This document shows positions 46,325-56,396 of a DNA stretch of 64,000 bases, one piece after another; positions within the stretch are counted from its first letter, which is position 1; each line of letters opens with the position of its first letter. This DNA is from a virus. The notes under the pieces are model-generated. The model saw nothing but the letters and a program-made list of their open reading frames with translations. It searched no databases and was not told the DNA's origin. The DNA is taken from IMG/VR virus record IMGVR_UViG_3300032163_000002, positions 64,001 through 128,000 of that record; one strand, given 5' to 3'. Position numbers and translations under genes: made by a program.

Positions 46325-46564
46325 GTGAGTGAAAATCTTCAAGAAACTATGGGTGGCGAAAAGCAATACAGTTACTTCGACTTCATGCTGGCATTAAAAA
46401 CACTGCCAGATTCGGTAGCTACTCTCGCATTTACAGAATGGCTGACTGCCTTTGCTCTTGATAAAGACCGACAAGCAATCTTTCAAAAATACATAGAATG
46501 GTCAAAGACACCAAGCTGGAAAAGAAAACCGTGGGAAAACCCTCCAATGTGGCAAGACGGGTAA
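46325..46564 (+). CDS. hypothetical protein
   Basis: 79-aa ORF ending the plus-strand block. Confidence 0.6.
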   Translation: MSENLQETMGGEKQYSYFDFMLALKTLPDSVATLAFTEWLTAFALDKDRQAIFQKYIEWSKTPSWKRKPWENPPMWQDG

Positions 46565-46591
46565 TAATTTCCAACCTCATCATTCAAATAC

Positions 46592-46624
46592 AAAAAAATA
46601 AGGGGGTCGAAAGATCCCCTTATT
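46592..46624. terminator. terminator between convergent operons
   Basis: AATAAGGGGGTC-GAAA-GATCCCCTTATT with an A7 tract on the left (U-tract for the minus strand). Confidence 0.8.
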
Positions 46625-46642
46625 CATTAAAACCACTCTTGT

Positions 46643-47101
46643 TCAAATAACCAACGCTTCCGGATTTATGACGCCAAACAGCTTCAAAAGATTAGGAATC
46701 GTATCTGCTGAAATAGTGATGACTCGTCCGGGGCCAAGGTTGATCGTTGCTGACGCAGGAACACTTGATGCGGGTACACCCGGCGCAGCACCCGGAGCCG
46801 TACCTGCCACCGCAGATGCGAAAGCATTTGAATAACCGGGAACATTCGGGAACGATCCCCCTAAGCTGTTCAAATCCGCCTGCATAGCTTTCAAATCAGA
46901 CAGTGTGTATTTCTGGCCATTAATTGCTCCGATAATGTAAGGAATCAAACGCTTCAGCGCTGTATCTGCAAGCCCAATGATTGGGCCTGCTGCCGGAAAG
47001 ATCATGGTAAGCCCGACCGTGAGAACCTCCTCGACAGATTGAATGACTTCAGGGCTGATAGTGGATGCAACAGCCGGAGTAATGGAAGGATTAGCACTCA
47101 T
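46643..47101 (-). CDS. hypothetical hydrophobic protein (possible membrane or lysis protein)
   Basis: amphipathic/hydrophobic helices; adjacent to a lipoprotein gene. Confidence 0.55.
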   Translation of the reverse strand: MSANPSITPAVASTISPEVIQSVEEVLTVGLTMIFPAAGPIIGLADTALKRLIPYIIGAINGQKYTLSDLKAMQADLNSLGGSFPNVPGYSNAFASAVAGTAPGAAPGVPASSVPASATINLGPGRVITISADTIPNLLKLFGVINPEALVI

Positions 47102-47110
47102 GGTAATTCC

Positions 47111-47608
47111 TTACTTGACCGCAAGCGCACCGCTGGGCGGTGCGGCAGGAAGTGCAGGAGGAGTAGATGAAATAAAATAAGCCGGATCGTAAGCAACAGT
47201 GTTTTTTCCACCCGGAAGATTGTACGTGACCGTAGTGTTCAGAAAATTAGAGTCAAATGCACGAACAGTTGTAATTATCTGAAATGCGGCACCCCAAGCG
47301 TTTGCTGCACAAGGAGAAAAGTCTGACAGATTCACGTTTACAGCTTGCCCCTCTGGAATTCCCGTTGCAGCTTTTACGTAAGCATTATACATGCAATTCC
47401 ACGCTGTATCGTAAGAACCTTCAAGTGCGTTGATCTTGGTTTGCGTTGCTATGTCTGTAATTTTGGCTTGAATTTGAGGAGAGGTCATCATATCGTGTTC
47501 TGCGCGTCGAAAGGCGTAGGATACTGTTAGTACGGTAGGAGCTAACGTACACCCACACAAGACTACCGTAAGGATAAATGCCAGCCCGAGCTTGAACGCT
47601 TGTTTCAT
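47111..47608 (-). CDS. putative lipoprotein
   Basis: MKQAFKLGLAFILTVVLCG/C lipobox-like signal; RBS AAGGAG. Confidence 0.65.
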   Translation of the reverse strand: MKQAFKLGLAFILTVVLCGCTLAPTVLTVSYAFRRAEHDMMTSPQIQAKITDIATQTKINALEGSYDTAWNCMYNAYVKAATGIPEGQAVNVNLSDFSPCAANAWGAAFQIITTVRAFDSNFLNTTVTYNLPGGKNTVAYDPAYFISSTPPALPAAPPSGALAVK

Positions 47609-47621
47609 CTCTTCTCCTTTT

Positions 47622-48008
47622 TCAGCCGTGTTTAACGGCTGCCTCTTCGTTCTGGAAATTTTGAACACTGATAAGATAAGACTCTAATTCCTCGATTGTC
47701 AAGCATTCTTTTGACGAAAACATTTCCAAAGGTAAGTTAAGAGCGTGCAGGGAGTGCTCGACAAAAGGATAGAATTTGTTTTCTTTTACTATCCCGGCAG
47801 AAACGTCATAGAGCAACATTCCAACCATCAAGAATTCTCGTGCCGTAATGGCTTGTACACCGTAACCGTTTTTGAAAAACCAATGGCGAATCTCCGGGTC
47901 CGGAATGTCTTTCCCTGTACCACGAAAATGCAGAAGAGCACTCGTAAGTTGAAAATCCCATACCGGGTCCAACCGCTCAATAAATGTTGGATTCATGTAT
48001 ATCCGCAT
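47622..48008 (-). CDS. hypothetical protein
   Basis: 128-aa ORF. Confidence 0.65.
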   Translation of the reverse strand: MRIYMNPTFIERLDPVWDFQLTSALLHFRGTGKDIPDPEIRHWFFKNGYGVQAITAREFLMVGMLLYDVSAGIVKENKFYPFVEHSLHALNLPLEMFSSKECLTIEELESYLISVQNFQNEEAAVKHG

Positions 48009-48048
48009 AATCTAAATGCCAAACTTTCTTTTGAATTTGGCTACGAAG

Positions 48049-48122
48049 GGGTGAGATGTGTCGGAACTCATGTGCGGAAAGGAGAGAAGGAGAGAACGCT
48101 CAGGAGATGACACACCTCACCC
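48049..48122 (-). other. long intergenic RNA hairpin with UCUCCUU-repeat loop
   Basis: GGGTGAGGTGTGTC/GACACATCTCACCC outer stem, inner stem, 20-nt pyrimidine loop. Confidence 0.6.
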
Positions 48123-48132
48123 ACAGGATTTT

Positions 48133-48630
48133 TTAAGACACTGTCTGCATCTGTTTGTTAGAAAAAGAATGTTGTAACGCAAGTAGAAGGCAAGCACGTA
48201 AGAGCGCAATTTCAGGAGTCGGTCCATACGCGATTGCCTTCATTTTTGCTTCCGTTTCCCACCAGAGAGCTTCATCGTTTAGATTGCCTCCATGAGGGCC
48301 ACATTCAATTTCATAGGCATGAAGGCCAAATCCAGCTACATAAGCTCGATCTTTTGTTACCGTTTTCAAGTTTTCTGTAATGGACAACGGCCATGTATAG
48401 GAAACAGAAATACCAGTTCGCAGTAATGATGCTACTTCCATGATTTTTTCGAAACTAGTATAATGAGGAATAGTACAAAGCTTTTTGGCATCCGTAATAC
48501 CATAAATGATTCGTCCAACAAGAGCATTTAAGAATGTGGGAGAACCAACGAGAATAGAATCTCTTAGCTCCTGATAATTTTCAGGAAGTTCTTCTATCCG
48601 TTTTTGTGTTGCCATACTCACAATCTCCAC
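48133..48630 (-). CDS. hypothetical protein (BC1872-like C-terminus)
   Basis: IPHYTS ... GPTPEIALLRACLLL. Confidence 0.6.
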   Translation of the reverse strand: MEIVSMATQKRIEELPENYQELRDSILVGSPTFLNALVGRIIYGITDAKKLCTIPHYTSFEKIMEVASLLRTGISVSYTWPLSITENLKTVTKDRAYVAGFGLHAYEIECGPHGGNLNDEALWWETEAKMKAIAYGPTPEIALLRACLLLALQHSFSNKQMQTVS

Positions 48631-48632
48631 CG

Positions 48633-48950
48633 TTAAACATTTCCAATTTCATCAAAAAGTAGTTGTTTCAGTTCTCGGTAAGCACTTAATTTTCCCTCAA
48701 AATAAAGATCCATGTACGAAGAGCTACCTTCGTGAAGTTTAACGTGTTCTTTGATGATTTCTTCTACAATGCTTTTGAAAAGAATAAGACCTTCGCGGCG
48801 GCTATCCATTGTAAGAATTTCAACTATACGAATTAGTTTTTCACGTTCTGGAAACCGATCAAGTTCATATTGCATCAACTGACGGACACGGTCCCGAACT
48901 TGTCGGGCCGTATCCGCCAAAGGACGCTGCTGCGTCGCTACGACACTCAT
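48633..48950 (-). CDS. hypothetical protein
   Basis: TAATG-coupled to the tail fibre gene. Confidence 0.65.
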   Translation of the reverse strand: MSVVATQQRPLADTARQVRDRVRQLMQYELDRFPEREKLIRIVEILTMDSRREGLILFKSIVEEIIKEHVKLHEGSSSYMDLYFEGKLSAYRELKQLLFDEIGNV

Positions 48951-51900
48951 TATACCGTCAGGAGAAAGTCGTCCATGTCTCCGTGATGCCTAAGCATTGG
49001 ATGTCCTATAGGGCGATAAAGCTCAACAACATCGCTGATATTTTCTCCAAGCTCATTCGTCAAGGTAGTCGTGTAACACTGTACACGAACCGCCAGAAGA
49101 ATTTCACCTTCCACCGTCACAAGATAAGGTGTTGCCACATATCGGTAGCTCGGCGCCGATGCACACGAAAATGAAGCCACTGTCGGTCCAGCAGCATTAT
49201 AGGGCATAATGAGCCCCATCGGGCCGGGTACATATACAATACTACGAAAGCCCCCTCTAACTCCCGCGTCTGCTACAGCCCGAGATACATAAGAAAGTAG
49301 TGAACTATCCTGCCAAAACGATGCATTTTCCTGCTTAAGTGTTCCACGGAAATTAGACACAGTGTTTAGAATCAGAGTGTAATAATGTGCCCGAGAAGTC
49401 ATCAGGTTTCCGCTTAAAGCAAATTCCACAGGTCTAACTGCGCGCTCATCAAATCCAGAAAGAGGAATAGGAAGCCGCTGAATACAATTCGCGTAACTGA
49501 TGACACCCGGATCATTGAACAAATTTTCACTTGTTCCCTGCCCCAACGTTGTGATAAGCATTTTTTGGGGGGCCATCAATATATTTTTTCCGGCCAACCG
49601 AGGATAAAGCGTTTTCGCGTCCGAGAAATTCATTGTAGTTGTTGGCTTTCCTCGTTGATAAACGCCTTGATAGGGCGTAAATCGGAAATGACCATACCAC
49701 ATCGAGCTTACTTCGGGAGGCACAAGAAATTCTGTTCGACTTACATTTGGTTCGACATAAGCACAATGCTGATCTAAAATAAGAATACGCCCGTTATTGT
49801 GATCACAGATGAAAATATATCGAGTATCTACTGCGATACCTGTCGGACGCATCCACGAAGCCTTATCGTTGCTTCCTGTACCTGCAACACCCGCTTTACC
49901 TGTGAAGTAATAATCTGCTGCACTGACACAGGCAAGCTGATTCGTGCTAGCATCAGACCAGAAAATATTACCACCAACAACTTTAGTAACACTGAAAAAG
50001 TCATTTCCTCCAAACTCCGGGGCATATCCGGCCAAAGTAAGCGGAACATAAACAGTCGCATAAGAACTAGCATTTGCGTCTACATAAACCGGCGTATCAC
50101 GATTTGACCCAGCAACGTTTACTTCAAATGGTCCGTTGTTATCCTGACACCAAAGCTTGCCTGTACCAGTTGTAAGGGCATAACTGCGCCCGGAAAGCAT
50201 GGTAGGAAAAACTTGAATACGAGCGTGGGTCCACTGCGCAGAATAACATCCGGACGAACCACTCGTATTGAAATTTCCATTATCCTTGAGAATCATCATA
50301 CGTTGGTTGGCAGTATCTCCAACATAAATTCGTCCACTGGCATCTGTAGCCGTAGCAACCATGACTCTAAGTTGTCCGGTCAGTGTTTTTCCACCAGCAT
50401 TAACAAAATTCAAATGGTACGTATCATTACCGGGTGTCGAAGTATACCCGAACCTACCTACATAGGTCATCGTCGCACCAGTCGTGTTCAACTTGATGAC
50501 AGTATTATTGTCGGTAATGTAAAGCCCGGAACCATCATCAGCCAAACCCATCCCCTGACCATAAGGAGTAATGTGCAAAAGTCGAGTGTTATCGTAACTT
50601 GATGAAAGCCACGCTACCCAAATATTTCGTCCCTTTGTACCAGAATATTGAATCCATTGATCGCCAAAGCTGTCTGCGAACGTCCACGTATCCGGGTCAG
50701 TATTTGTAGCTGACCATTTTTCAACACGCTGGCGTTCACCCGCCTCATAATCCGAATCTATGTATCCACTACATCCAACGTAAAGATAATGATTTATAGA
50801 ATCAAATTCCACACTCGCAGGACGAAGCCCCGGATAAGAAATTCCCCACGGGGCTAAATCCTTAAACATAGTTGAGTCTTTTGTCCGCCAAGATTGAATC
50901 GGTCCATAAGGAGTCATCGCTCCCGAACCCGGTGCCGGGCTACTATACCTTACTTGATACAGCGACAAGTCACTCATCTTGATGGAAACAATTCGATTTT
51001 GACGCGCACCGAGTACGACGAGACCTGATTGCGTCATATCCAGAGCGTCGTGTCCTTCATTTGATTCGAAAATATGAACTGCATCATTCGGTTCATCTAA
51101 TGCAAAGTCCACTGCAAATGTTAATCCATTTTTCGTTCCCGCGTTTATTCCACCCCAACGACCACCCGTATCCCATGCGGCTCCGTACCGCGCAAGATAC
51201 CCCCAAGTGCTATCATATTTTGTAAAAACATAACCACCATGCCCACCGGGCAAATCCGCATTTCCGTTACTCGTGAGCGTATATTTATTTCCAGATGAAT
51301 CTTCACGATATCTTGGACTGGTTTTCCACGGATCAACGGCTTGAACTGATGCTGTCTTTGCCGCCGGAATCGAATAGCCGTTTTGAAGAAATACTGTTGG
51401 CAACATTGACGTTACATTCATGACTATGATACGGCTGCGGTCAGCCACGTACAAGTAACTATCATCCCCAAAGAATGAGTGACGCGGAAAGACACAGTGC
51501 CCATTATCCGGCATCGACACCCCTACAACTCCGAAAGCAGAGGTATAGCTAAATCCGGACGAAACTTTCATAATTCGGTAATTCAAAGTGTCAGAAATAT
51601 AAATGTTGCCAGAGCCATCCACTGCTACACCTTGAGGTGTATTCAAGTGACTAGTATCCGTACCCGGTGTACCGGTTGTTCCAAACTGCCCTTGATAGAC
51701 CATCGACGAGTTCAATTTAACTATCCGGTGATTACTGGCATCCGCTATGTAGACGTTTCCTGATCCATCAAGAAAAATTGCCGCAGGAGCATTGAGGTGA
51801 GTATTATCGGCTCCAGAAGTGGCATAAACACCAAATGACGCTGAAATAGCCAGCGTTGAACGGTTGACTTTCCATGCTTTATGTGCAAGACGATCACACA

Positions 51901-53875
51901 CATAAAAATAAGTAGCGTCTACTGCAATACCAGTAGGTGCAAGAAATTGATCTGTTCCTATGTAAATTACGCTTTGTACTGAAGCCGCAGACGCCGATGG
52001 ATTCGTGTAAGTTTGTCCGACGATTGATTTGTTGGCTTTATTAAACCCCACAACAGGCGGGAAAGAAACTTTTATCAACCCGACAATGGTGCCCGTGGCT
52101 GAATAGTTGGCATCTCCTGTGTTTAATGTTGCAGTAAGAGTAGACGCACCAAGAGTCGCCCAAGCCACAGAAAGTGCCACCGGCTTTTTAGATCCGCTCC
52201 ACCAAAGAAGCGGAGCTTCAAACATGGCCGTTCCAGCATTTCCCACTGTTTGTCCGGATGATTTCAAGGTAATAACTGCGTCAGCAACAGACGCAAAATT
52301 CGTGGGCGTTCCCGTGGTAGATTGAAGATTGATTGTAAACCCGACAACTTGTATTTCTGCCTGCGCACTATAAAGCCGCTGAAAGGCATTCGGAATCATT
52401 CGATTCGCGCCAGTGTCCACCAACTGCCACGTTTTTGACTGTGCAGACGCTGCAAGTGAATACGCACCAACAATTCCCGATCCGCCAACCGCTTCGTTTG
52501 TTCCAGCAATCGTATCCTCAACATAATACTGACCATAATCCAGATACCCATGTCGAGTTTTCAATTCACCTCGCAAAAGCCGGTCAAATGATTCCTCCAA
52601 AATTCGGTTCAAATTCGTCCGTTCAGATACGACAGACGGAGCAATAAACACGAGATCATTAGGTTCAATTTTATCATGGAAGAAACCATCAGGTCGTGCG
52701 GAATCCCCTGTAACCCATGTTCCAGTACCTCCAGAAGTCTTTGTACCATTCTGATTCGAAATCGTCCATTGCCCGGTATTTCTACGAAAAACAAGAGCCA
52801 CAGGAATCGCATATACGTAACCATCAATGGTATTCAATTCTGTCTTCGAAGTACCATCACCACTACCAGCCATCCAAAGAGAGGGGTCTCCTTTCGTGTC
52901 CTGCGCAGCAATAAAGACGTTCCGCGCCGTCGGAGAACCGGGTACAGAGCTATTACCCCCCTGTGCGAGCACATTTGCTTGATCTGACATTCCCATCGGG
53001 TTATAGTCTGGTGAAGCCACTGGCGAAACACGCAGCCGATGACGTACCTGAAAGTAATCTCCGTTATTGCCGCCCCAAAATCCAACATTACCTTGCAAGG
53101 TTGAATCATCAGGTGAAGTAATAACAGCAGCTTGTGAGCCCACAGCACCGTAAGCATAGAAGCTGGGGCCACTACGCGCGACATTCTGAAACCAAACCTC
53201 AATCCAAAGCAAATCTACTCTACTATTTGCAGCCGGCGCAGCAGGGAGATTCCAACAAATTTCATTGGTAATCCCAAAAGTGCTTGCCCCTCCCGCTTCA
53301 TTAAACAAAGTAACGAGCACGCCCCCGACGTTCACATAAATAGGACGGTAAGCCAGAAAATCTCTTGCGCCTGTACCGCCATTCATCCGCATGTTGTTCC
53401 CGTTCCCGAGATATACCTTATTCGTTCCTTTTGTAACATCCTCATCTCGCAAATAAATTTGTCCAAATACTGACAAAGAAGATGTACCTGCAAGAGGAAC
53501 AGGAACGGTTCCAACGCCAAGCGATGCAGAAATGTCGCTCGTCTTTAATACATCCGTAATCGGAAAAAGCACCCCGGAAGCATACCGTGCTTGCCACGAT
53601 TGCGCTCGTGCCATGAATTCAGCGAAGGCAATCTGCTTTTGTGGGTAGCCTGCCGCGAGTTCAAGATCATCGAGCCGTGCATCAAGTGAAGCGTAGGTCT
53701 GCTGAAGCCCTGTGCGTGCCTGTATGACCTCCGCTGTCGTCGCTTCTAATTCAGTATTCAGCGCGATGTCATTAAGAATTAAATTCCGAAGTGGTCTGTT
53801 ATCGACATCAAATCTGTAAATATCCGATGAGGTAAAAAGCTGTACGTCTGAGTCACTTGTCAATATAGTTGCCAT
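48950..53875 (-). CDS. tail fibre / receptor-binding protein with NHL beta-propeller repeats
   Basis: DNRPL..L..ND N-terminus; DGYVYAIP..RRN and RPDG motifs; multiple P.G(I/V)AVD..G.IY(I/V).D..N.RI repeats. Confidence 0.85.
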   Translation of the reverse strand: MATILTSDSDVQLFTSSDIYRFDVDNRPLRNLILNDIALNTELEATTAEVIQARTGLQQTYASLDARLDDLELAAGYPQKQIAFAEFMARAQSWQARYASGVLFPITDVLKTSDISASLGVGTVPVPLAGTSSLSVFGQIYLRDEDVTKGTNKVYLGNGNNMRMNGGTGARDFLAYRPIYVNVGGVLVTLFNEAGGASTFGITNEICWNLPAAPAANSRVDLLWIEVWFQNVARSGPSFYAYGAVGSQAAVITSPDDSTLQGNVGFWGGNNGDYFQVRHRLRVSPVASPDYNPMGMSDQANVLAQGGNSSVPGSPTARNVFIAAQDTKGDPSLWMAGSGDGTSKTELNTIDGYVYAIPVALVFRRNTGQWTISNQNGTKTSGGTGTWVTGDSARPDGFFHDKIEPNDLVFIAPSVVSERTNLNRILEESFDRLLRGELKTRHGYLDYGQYYVEDTIAGTNEAVGGSGIVGAYSLAASAQSKTWQLVDTGANRMIPNAFQRLYSAQAEIQVVGFTINLQSTTGTPTNFASVADAVITLKSSGQTVGNAGTAMFEAPLLWWSGSKKPVALSVAWATLGASTLTATLNTGDANYSATGTIVGLIKVSFPPVVGFNKANKSIVGQTYTNPSASAASVQSVIYIGTDQFLAPTGIAVDATYFYVCDRLAHKAWKVNRSTLAISASFGVYATSGADNTHLNAPAAIFLDGSGNVYIADASNHRIVKLNSSMVYQGQFGTTGTPGTDTSHLNTPQGVAVDGSGNIYISDTLNYRIMKVSSGFSYTSAFGVVGVSMPDNGHCVFPRHSFFGDDSYLYVADRSRIIVMNVTSMLPTVFLQNGYSIPAAKTASVQAVDPWKTSPRYREDSSGNKYTLTSNGNADLPGGHGGYVFTKYDSTWGYLARYGAAWDTGGRWGGINAGTKNGLTFAVDFALDEPNDAVHIFESNEGHDALDMTQSGLVVLGARQNRIVSIKMSDLSLYQVRYSSPAPGSGAMTPYGPIQSWRTKDSTMFKDLAPWGISYPGLRPASVEFDSINHYLYVGCSGYIDSDYEAGERQRVEKWSATNTDPDTWTFADSFGDQWIQYSGTKGRNIWVAWLSSSYDNTRLLHITPYGQGMGLADDGSGLYITDNNTVIKLNTTGATMTYVGRFGYTSTPGNDTYHLNFVNAGGKTLTGQLRVMVATATDASGRIYVGDTANQRMMILKDNGNFNTSGSSGCYSAQWTHARIQVFPTMLSGRSYALTTGTGKLWCQDNNGPFEVNVAGSNRDTPVYVDANASSYATVYVPLTLAGYAPEFGGNDFFSVTKVVGGNIFWSDASTNQLACVSAADYYFTGKAGVAGTGSNDKASWMRPTGIAVDTRYIFICDHNNGRILILDQHCAYVEPNVSRTEFLVPPEVSSMWYGHFRFTPYQGVYQRGKPTTTMNFSDAKTLYPRLAGKNILMAPQKMLITTLGQGTSENLFNDPGVISYANCIQRLPIPLSGFDERAVRPVEFALSGNLMTSRAHYYTLILNTVSNFRGTLKQENASFWQDSSLLSYVSRAVADAGVRGGFRSIVYVPGPMGLIMPYNAAGPTVASFSCASAPSYRYVATPYLVTVEGEILLAVRVQCYTTTLTNELGENISDVVELYRPIGHPMLRHHGDMDDFLLTV

Positions 53876-53957
53876 TTACGATCTCTCCCTATTCAGATAA
53901 TGCCTTCAGAGCTAAAACTTGTTTCCAAAGTAAAGACGGAGCTGAATTTTGGTATAG

Positions 53958-54521
53958 CTAAAATATGTAGGTCCAAACAGCGGTCAGAACTACCGTGTTG
54001 TCCTTCGTGATAGCTCCTGAAACCTTATGACTGAAAATGTCTCCATTACCTTTCACAAGACAAGCTTCGTGATAAGTCTGCGTTCCAGAACCATTACCTT
54101 CACTTGATCCAACGACCGCTGTAAACCGCACTTTCAATCCCGTAGAACCATCAGGGAAATCGTAAGACGTAGATTTCTGAATGATGAGCGAACCCGATAA
54201 TCCAGTATCATCCACCGTTGGAGCCGTTGAACCGTCTCCGAATTTCATAGCAACGACTTTATGATTATCAGTGGAATCTCCGGCCAGAAGATGCGCAAGA
54301 CTAATTCTTCCAAGCTTCACAACAATATTGTGTCCAGTATCTATACCAAGGATTTCACCTGTCAACGCATGTGAACGAATAATCGTAAGGATGCCAAAGC
54401 CCGCAGGAGCCCGATCAACACCAACACTTAACCAAATAGCTCGAAAAGCCATTTCAGCGGAATGTTCAATTTCACGCAACTTAGCTTCAAGAAGCGGATG
54501 AAGTTTTTTCGTACGAGACAT
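53958..54521 (-). CDS. baseplate / tail-fibre attachment protein
   Basis: HNIVV..GR, FGDG..PT..DTGL, EACL...FSH...ITKD...WTYIF. Confidence 0.7.
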   Translation of the reverse strand: MSRTKKLHPLLEAKLREIEHSAEMAFRAIWLSVGVDRAPAGFGILTIIRSHALTGEILGIDTGHNIVVKLGRISLAHLLAGDSTDNHKVVAMKFGDGSTAPTVDDTGLSGSLIIQKSTSYDFPDGSTGLKVRFTAVVGSSEGNGSGTQTYHEACLVKGNGDIFSHKVSGAITKDNTVVLTAVWTYIF

Positions 54522-54530
54522 GACAACCTC

Positions 54531-56390
54531 CTAAACGTGTGTTGTTATAACAAGCCGCGAAGCATATTCATAAGTCTGATCTCTTGTGGGAGGGTAATAA
54601 GGATTTCGAGACGGCCAATCATTCATGTCTACTACACCGATAGGAGACCCAACCGGATATCCTCCAACCCCCAAGCCGTCACGGTGCATGATAAAATGAT
54701 AGGTTTCTTCTTCTATCGGTGATTCGTCCCAATAGAAGTCTTCTTGAGGGTGACAATAACCACGTTCAGGAAGCCTTTTCATGTTAATTGTCGGGTCCGT
54801 AGAAGAGTGAAGACCCGGCTCTTTTCGTGTAACCCCAAGTGCGAGCAACCCTTTTCCATCAAGGCGAGTTGAACGTATGGCATCTCGGTAATAAATAGGA
54901 TCGTCAGGTAAACAGTATGGAAGATACCAACCCGGTTCTTCTGGATACCAGTCTACGTCCATTTCAGTCTGCTCAGTAGGAATCGGGCCACACTCGACAA
55001 ATGGAATTACGAACATGATATAGTCAAGCACCGTGTGAGCAGGACGGAAATAATCAATCCTCTCCATGAGATATTTCAAGTCTTCTGTAGAAAATGAAAC
55101 AGACGTTCCACTCGATTCCATAGGACATGCAACAGGGTCCGTATTGTACGGATATATTGGTGTCGGAACCATAATTGAAAGTGGCTGAATACGAAGGCCG
55201 AAGTAAGGTGACTTATACCAGTTCCCACCATTCTCTAACAGGTAGGAAGAATTATCTGGAGGTGGAAGTGGATTCCCTGCATCATCCTTGTAAACATAAT
55301 CAGTATAGGTGTTCGTCATCACCGTCGGATAAAACAGAGAGTAATTATCCGTCCAGAGTTCTTGAATAGAAAGGTCATAATCGAGCATGTAGAAAAGAAT
55401 TTTGAAGACTTCAAAGGTTCCTTTCCATTTCCAAAGCTCGACAGCATTTTTGAGTTGAAATCGCTGAGATTCAATGGAATCAAGCCGGTTCAATGGATAC
55501 CCAAGTAAATAAGCAAGTGCATCAAAATACTTCGAATCACAATGTTCTATGTCAAAAATATCCGTGAACTGGTCTATCAGCGATTTGACTTCATCTTGCG
55601 TCAACGCTAGGATTTGAATGAAATTCTGCAAATCCCCCGTCTGTTTGTCATCATCCTGCATTACCGCAGGTAAGTAACTAAAAAGACGTGTTTGAAAAAA
55701 TCCACTAAGCACTTCTGTAGCTGGAGACTCAACAGAAGGAGCCAGAAGTTCAGTCTTCGCCCCATCCTGTGCCACAGAATAGCGGAGTGCTCGTGCTGTA
55801 ACAAGATCATTTTTAGAGAGCGGAAGCAAAGGAGAATCCGATACACCCAATAAATCAAATGTCCAGTGCCCCATCTTATTTGACTGTGTGTTAGCAAGAA
55901 AGGTACTATTAACGTAAATCGAAATCGCTACACCTTCAGCAATATTATTGGAAAGATCCGCGTTAAACGGCGTGATGCCATTTAACAAAGGCACGTCCCC
56001 GGCAATATATCTCTGACGTTCATAAATTGGTGACGGTGCTTTCGAAAGATCATCCTGAGCATAAGGTGCGCGCGGTTGATCAATACCCCCAACAATGTAA
56101 ACGATAGTCGAATCGGAAACATCTTTTCCAACAGCCCGAGCTTTTACATAAAGCTGATCACCAAATTTAACTCGTTGAATACCACCGACAAAAACAAACT
56201 CTGAAATATTAACCTGCCAACTTTTAACAGACAAAGAATCCGCACGAGTAAAAGCTGTAGCCACACGTCGTGTGTTCAAATAAACATAAATGATCGCTCC
56301 GGCAACTTCTTCATTCAAAGTTCCACTGATTTGCGCAGTGCCACTAAAAATAGTAGCACGATCAACTTTCGGTGTAACTGTTTTAACCAT
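54531..56390 (-). CDS. baseplate wedge protein (P2 gpI / tail-formation-like) with N-terminal Ig-like domains
   Basis: LFSYLP, FD..C..YF.ALAYLLG, AVELWKWKGT, RPAHT. Confidence 0.8.
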   Translation of the reverse strand: MVKTVTPKVDRATIFSGTAQISGTLNEEVAGAIIYVYLNTRRVATAFTRADSLSVKSWQVNISEFVFVGGIQRVKFGDQLYVKARAVGKDVSDSTIVYIVGGIDQPRAPYAQDDLSKAPSPIYERQRYIAGDVPLLNGITPFNADLSNNIAEGVAISIYVNSTFLANTQSNKMGHWTFDLLGVSDSPLLPLSKNDLVTARALRYSVAQDGAKTELLAPSVESPATEVLSGFFQTRLFSYLPAVMQDDDKQTGDLQNFIQILALTQDEVKSLIDQFTDIFDIEHCDSKYFDALAYLLGYPLNRLDSIESQRFQLKNAVELWKWKGTFEVFKILFYMLDYDLSIQELWTDNYSLFYPTVMTNTYTDYVYKDDAGNPLPPPDNSSYLLENGGNWYKSPYFGLRIQPLSIMVPTPIYPYNTDPVACPMESSGTSVSFSTEDLKYLMERIDYFRPAHTVLDYIMFVIPFVECGPIPTEQTEMDVDWYPEEPGWYLPYCLPDDPIYYRDAIRSTRLDGKGLLALGVTRKEPGLHSSTDPTINMKRLPERGYCHPQEDFYWDESPIEEETYHFIMHRDGLGVGGYPVGSPIGVVDMNDWPSRNPYYPPTRDQTYEYASRLVITTHV

Positions 56391-56396
56391 TACTAT

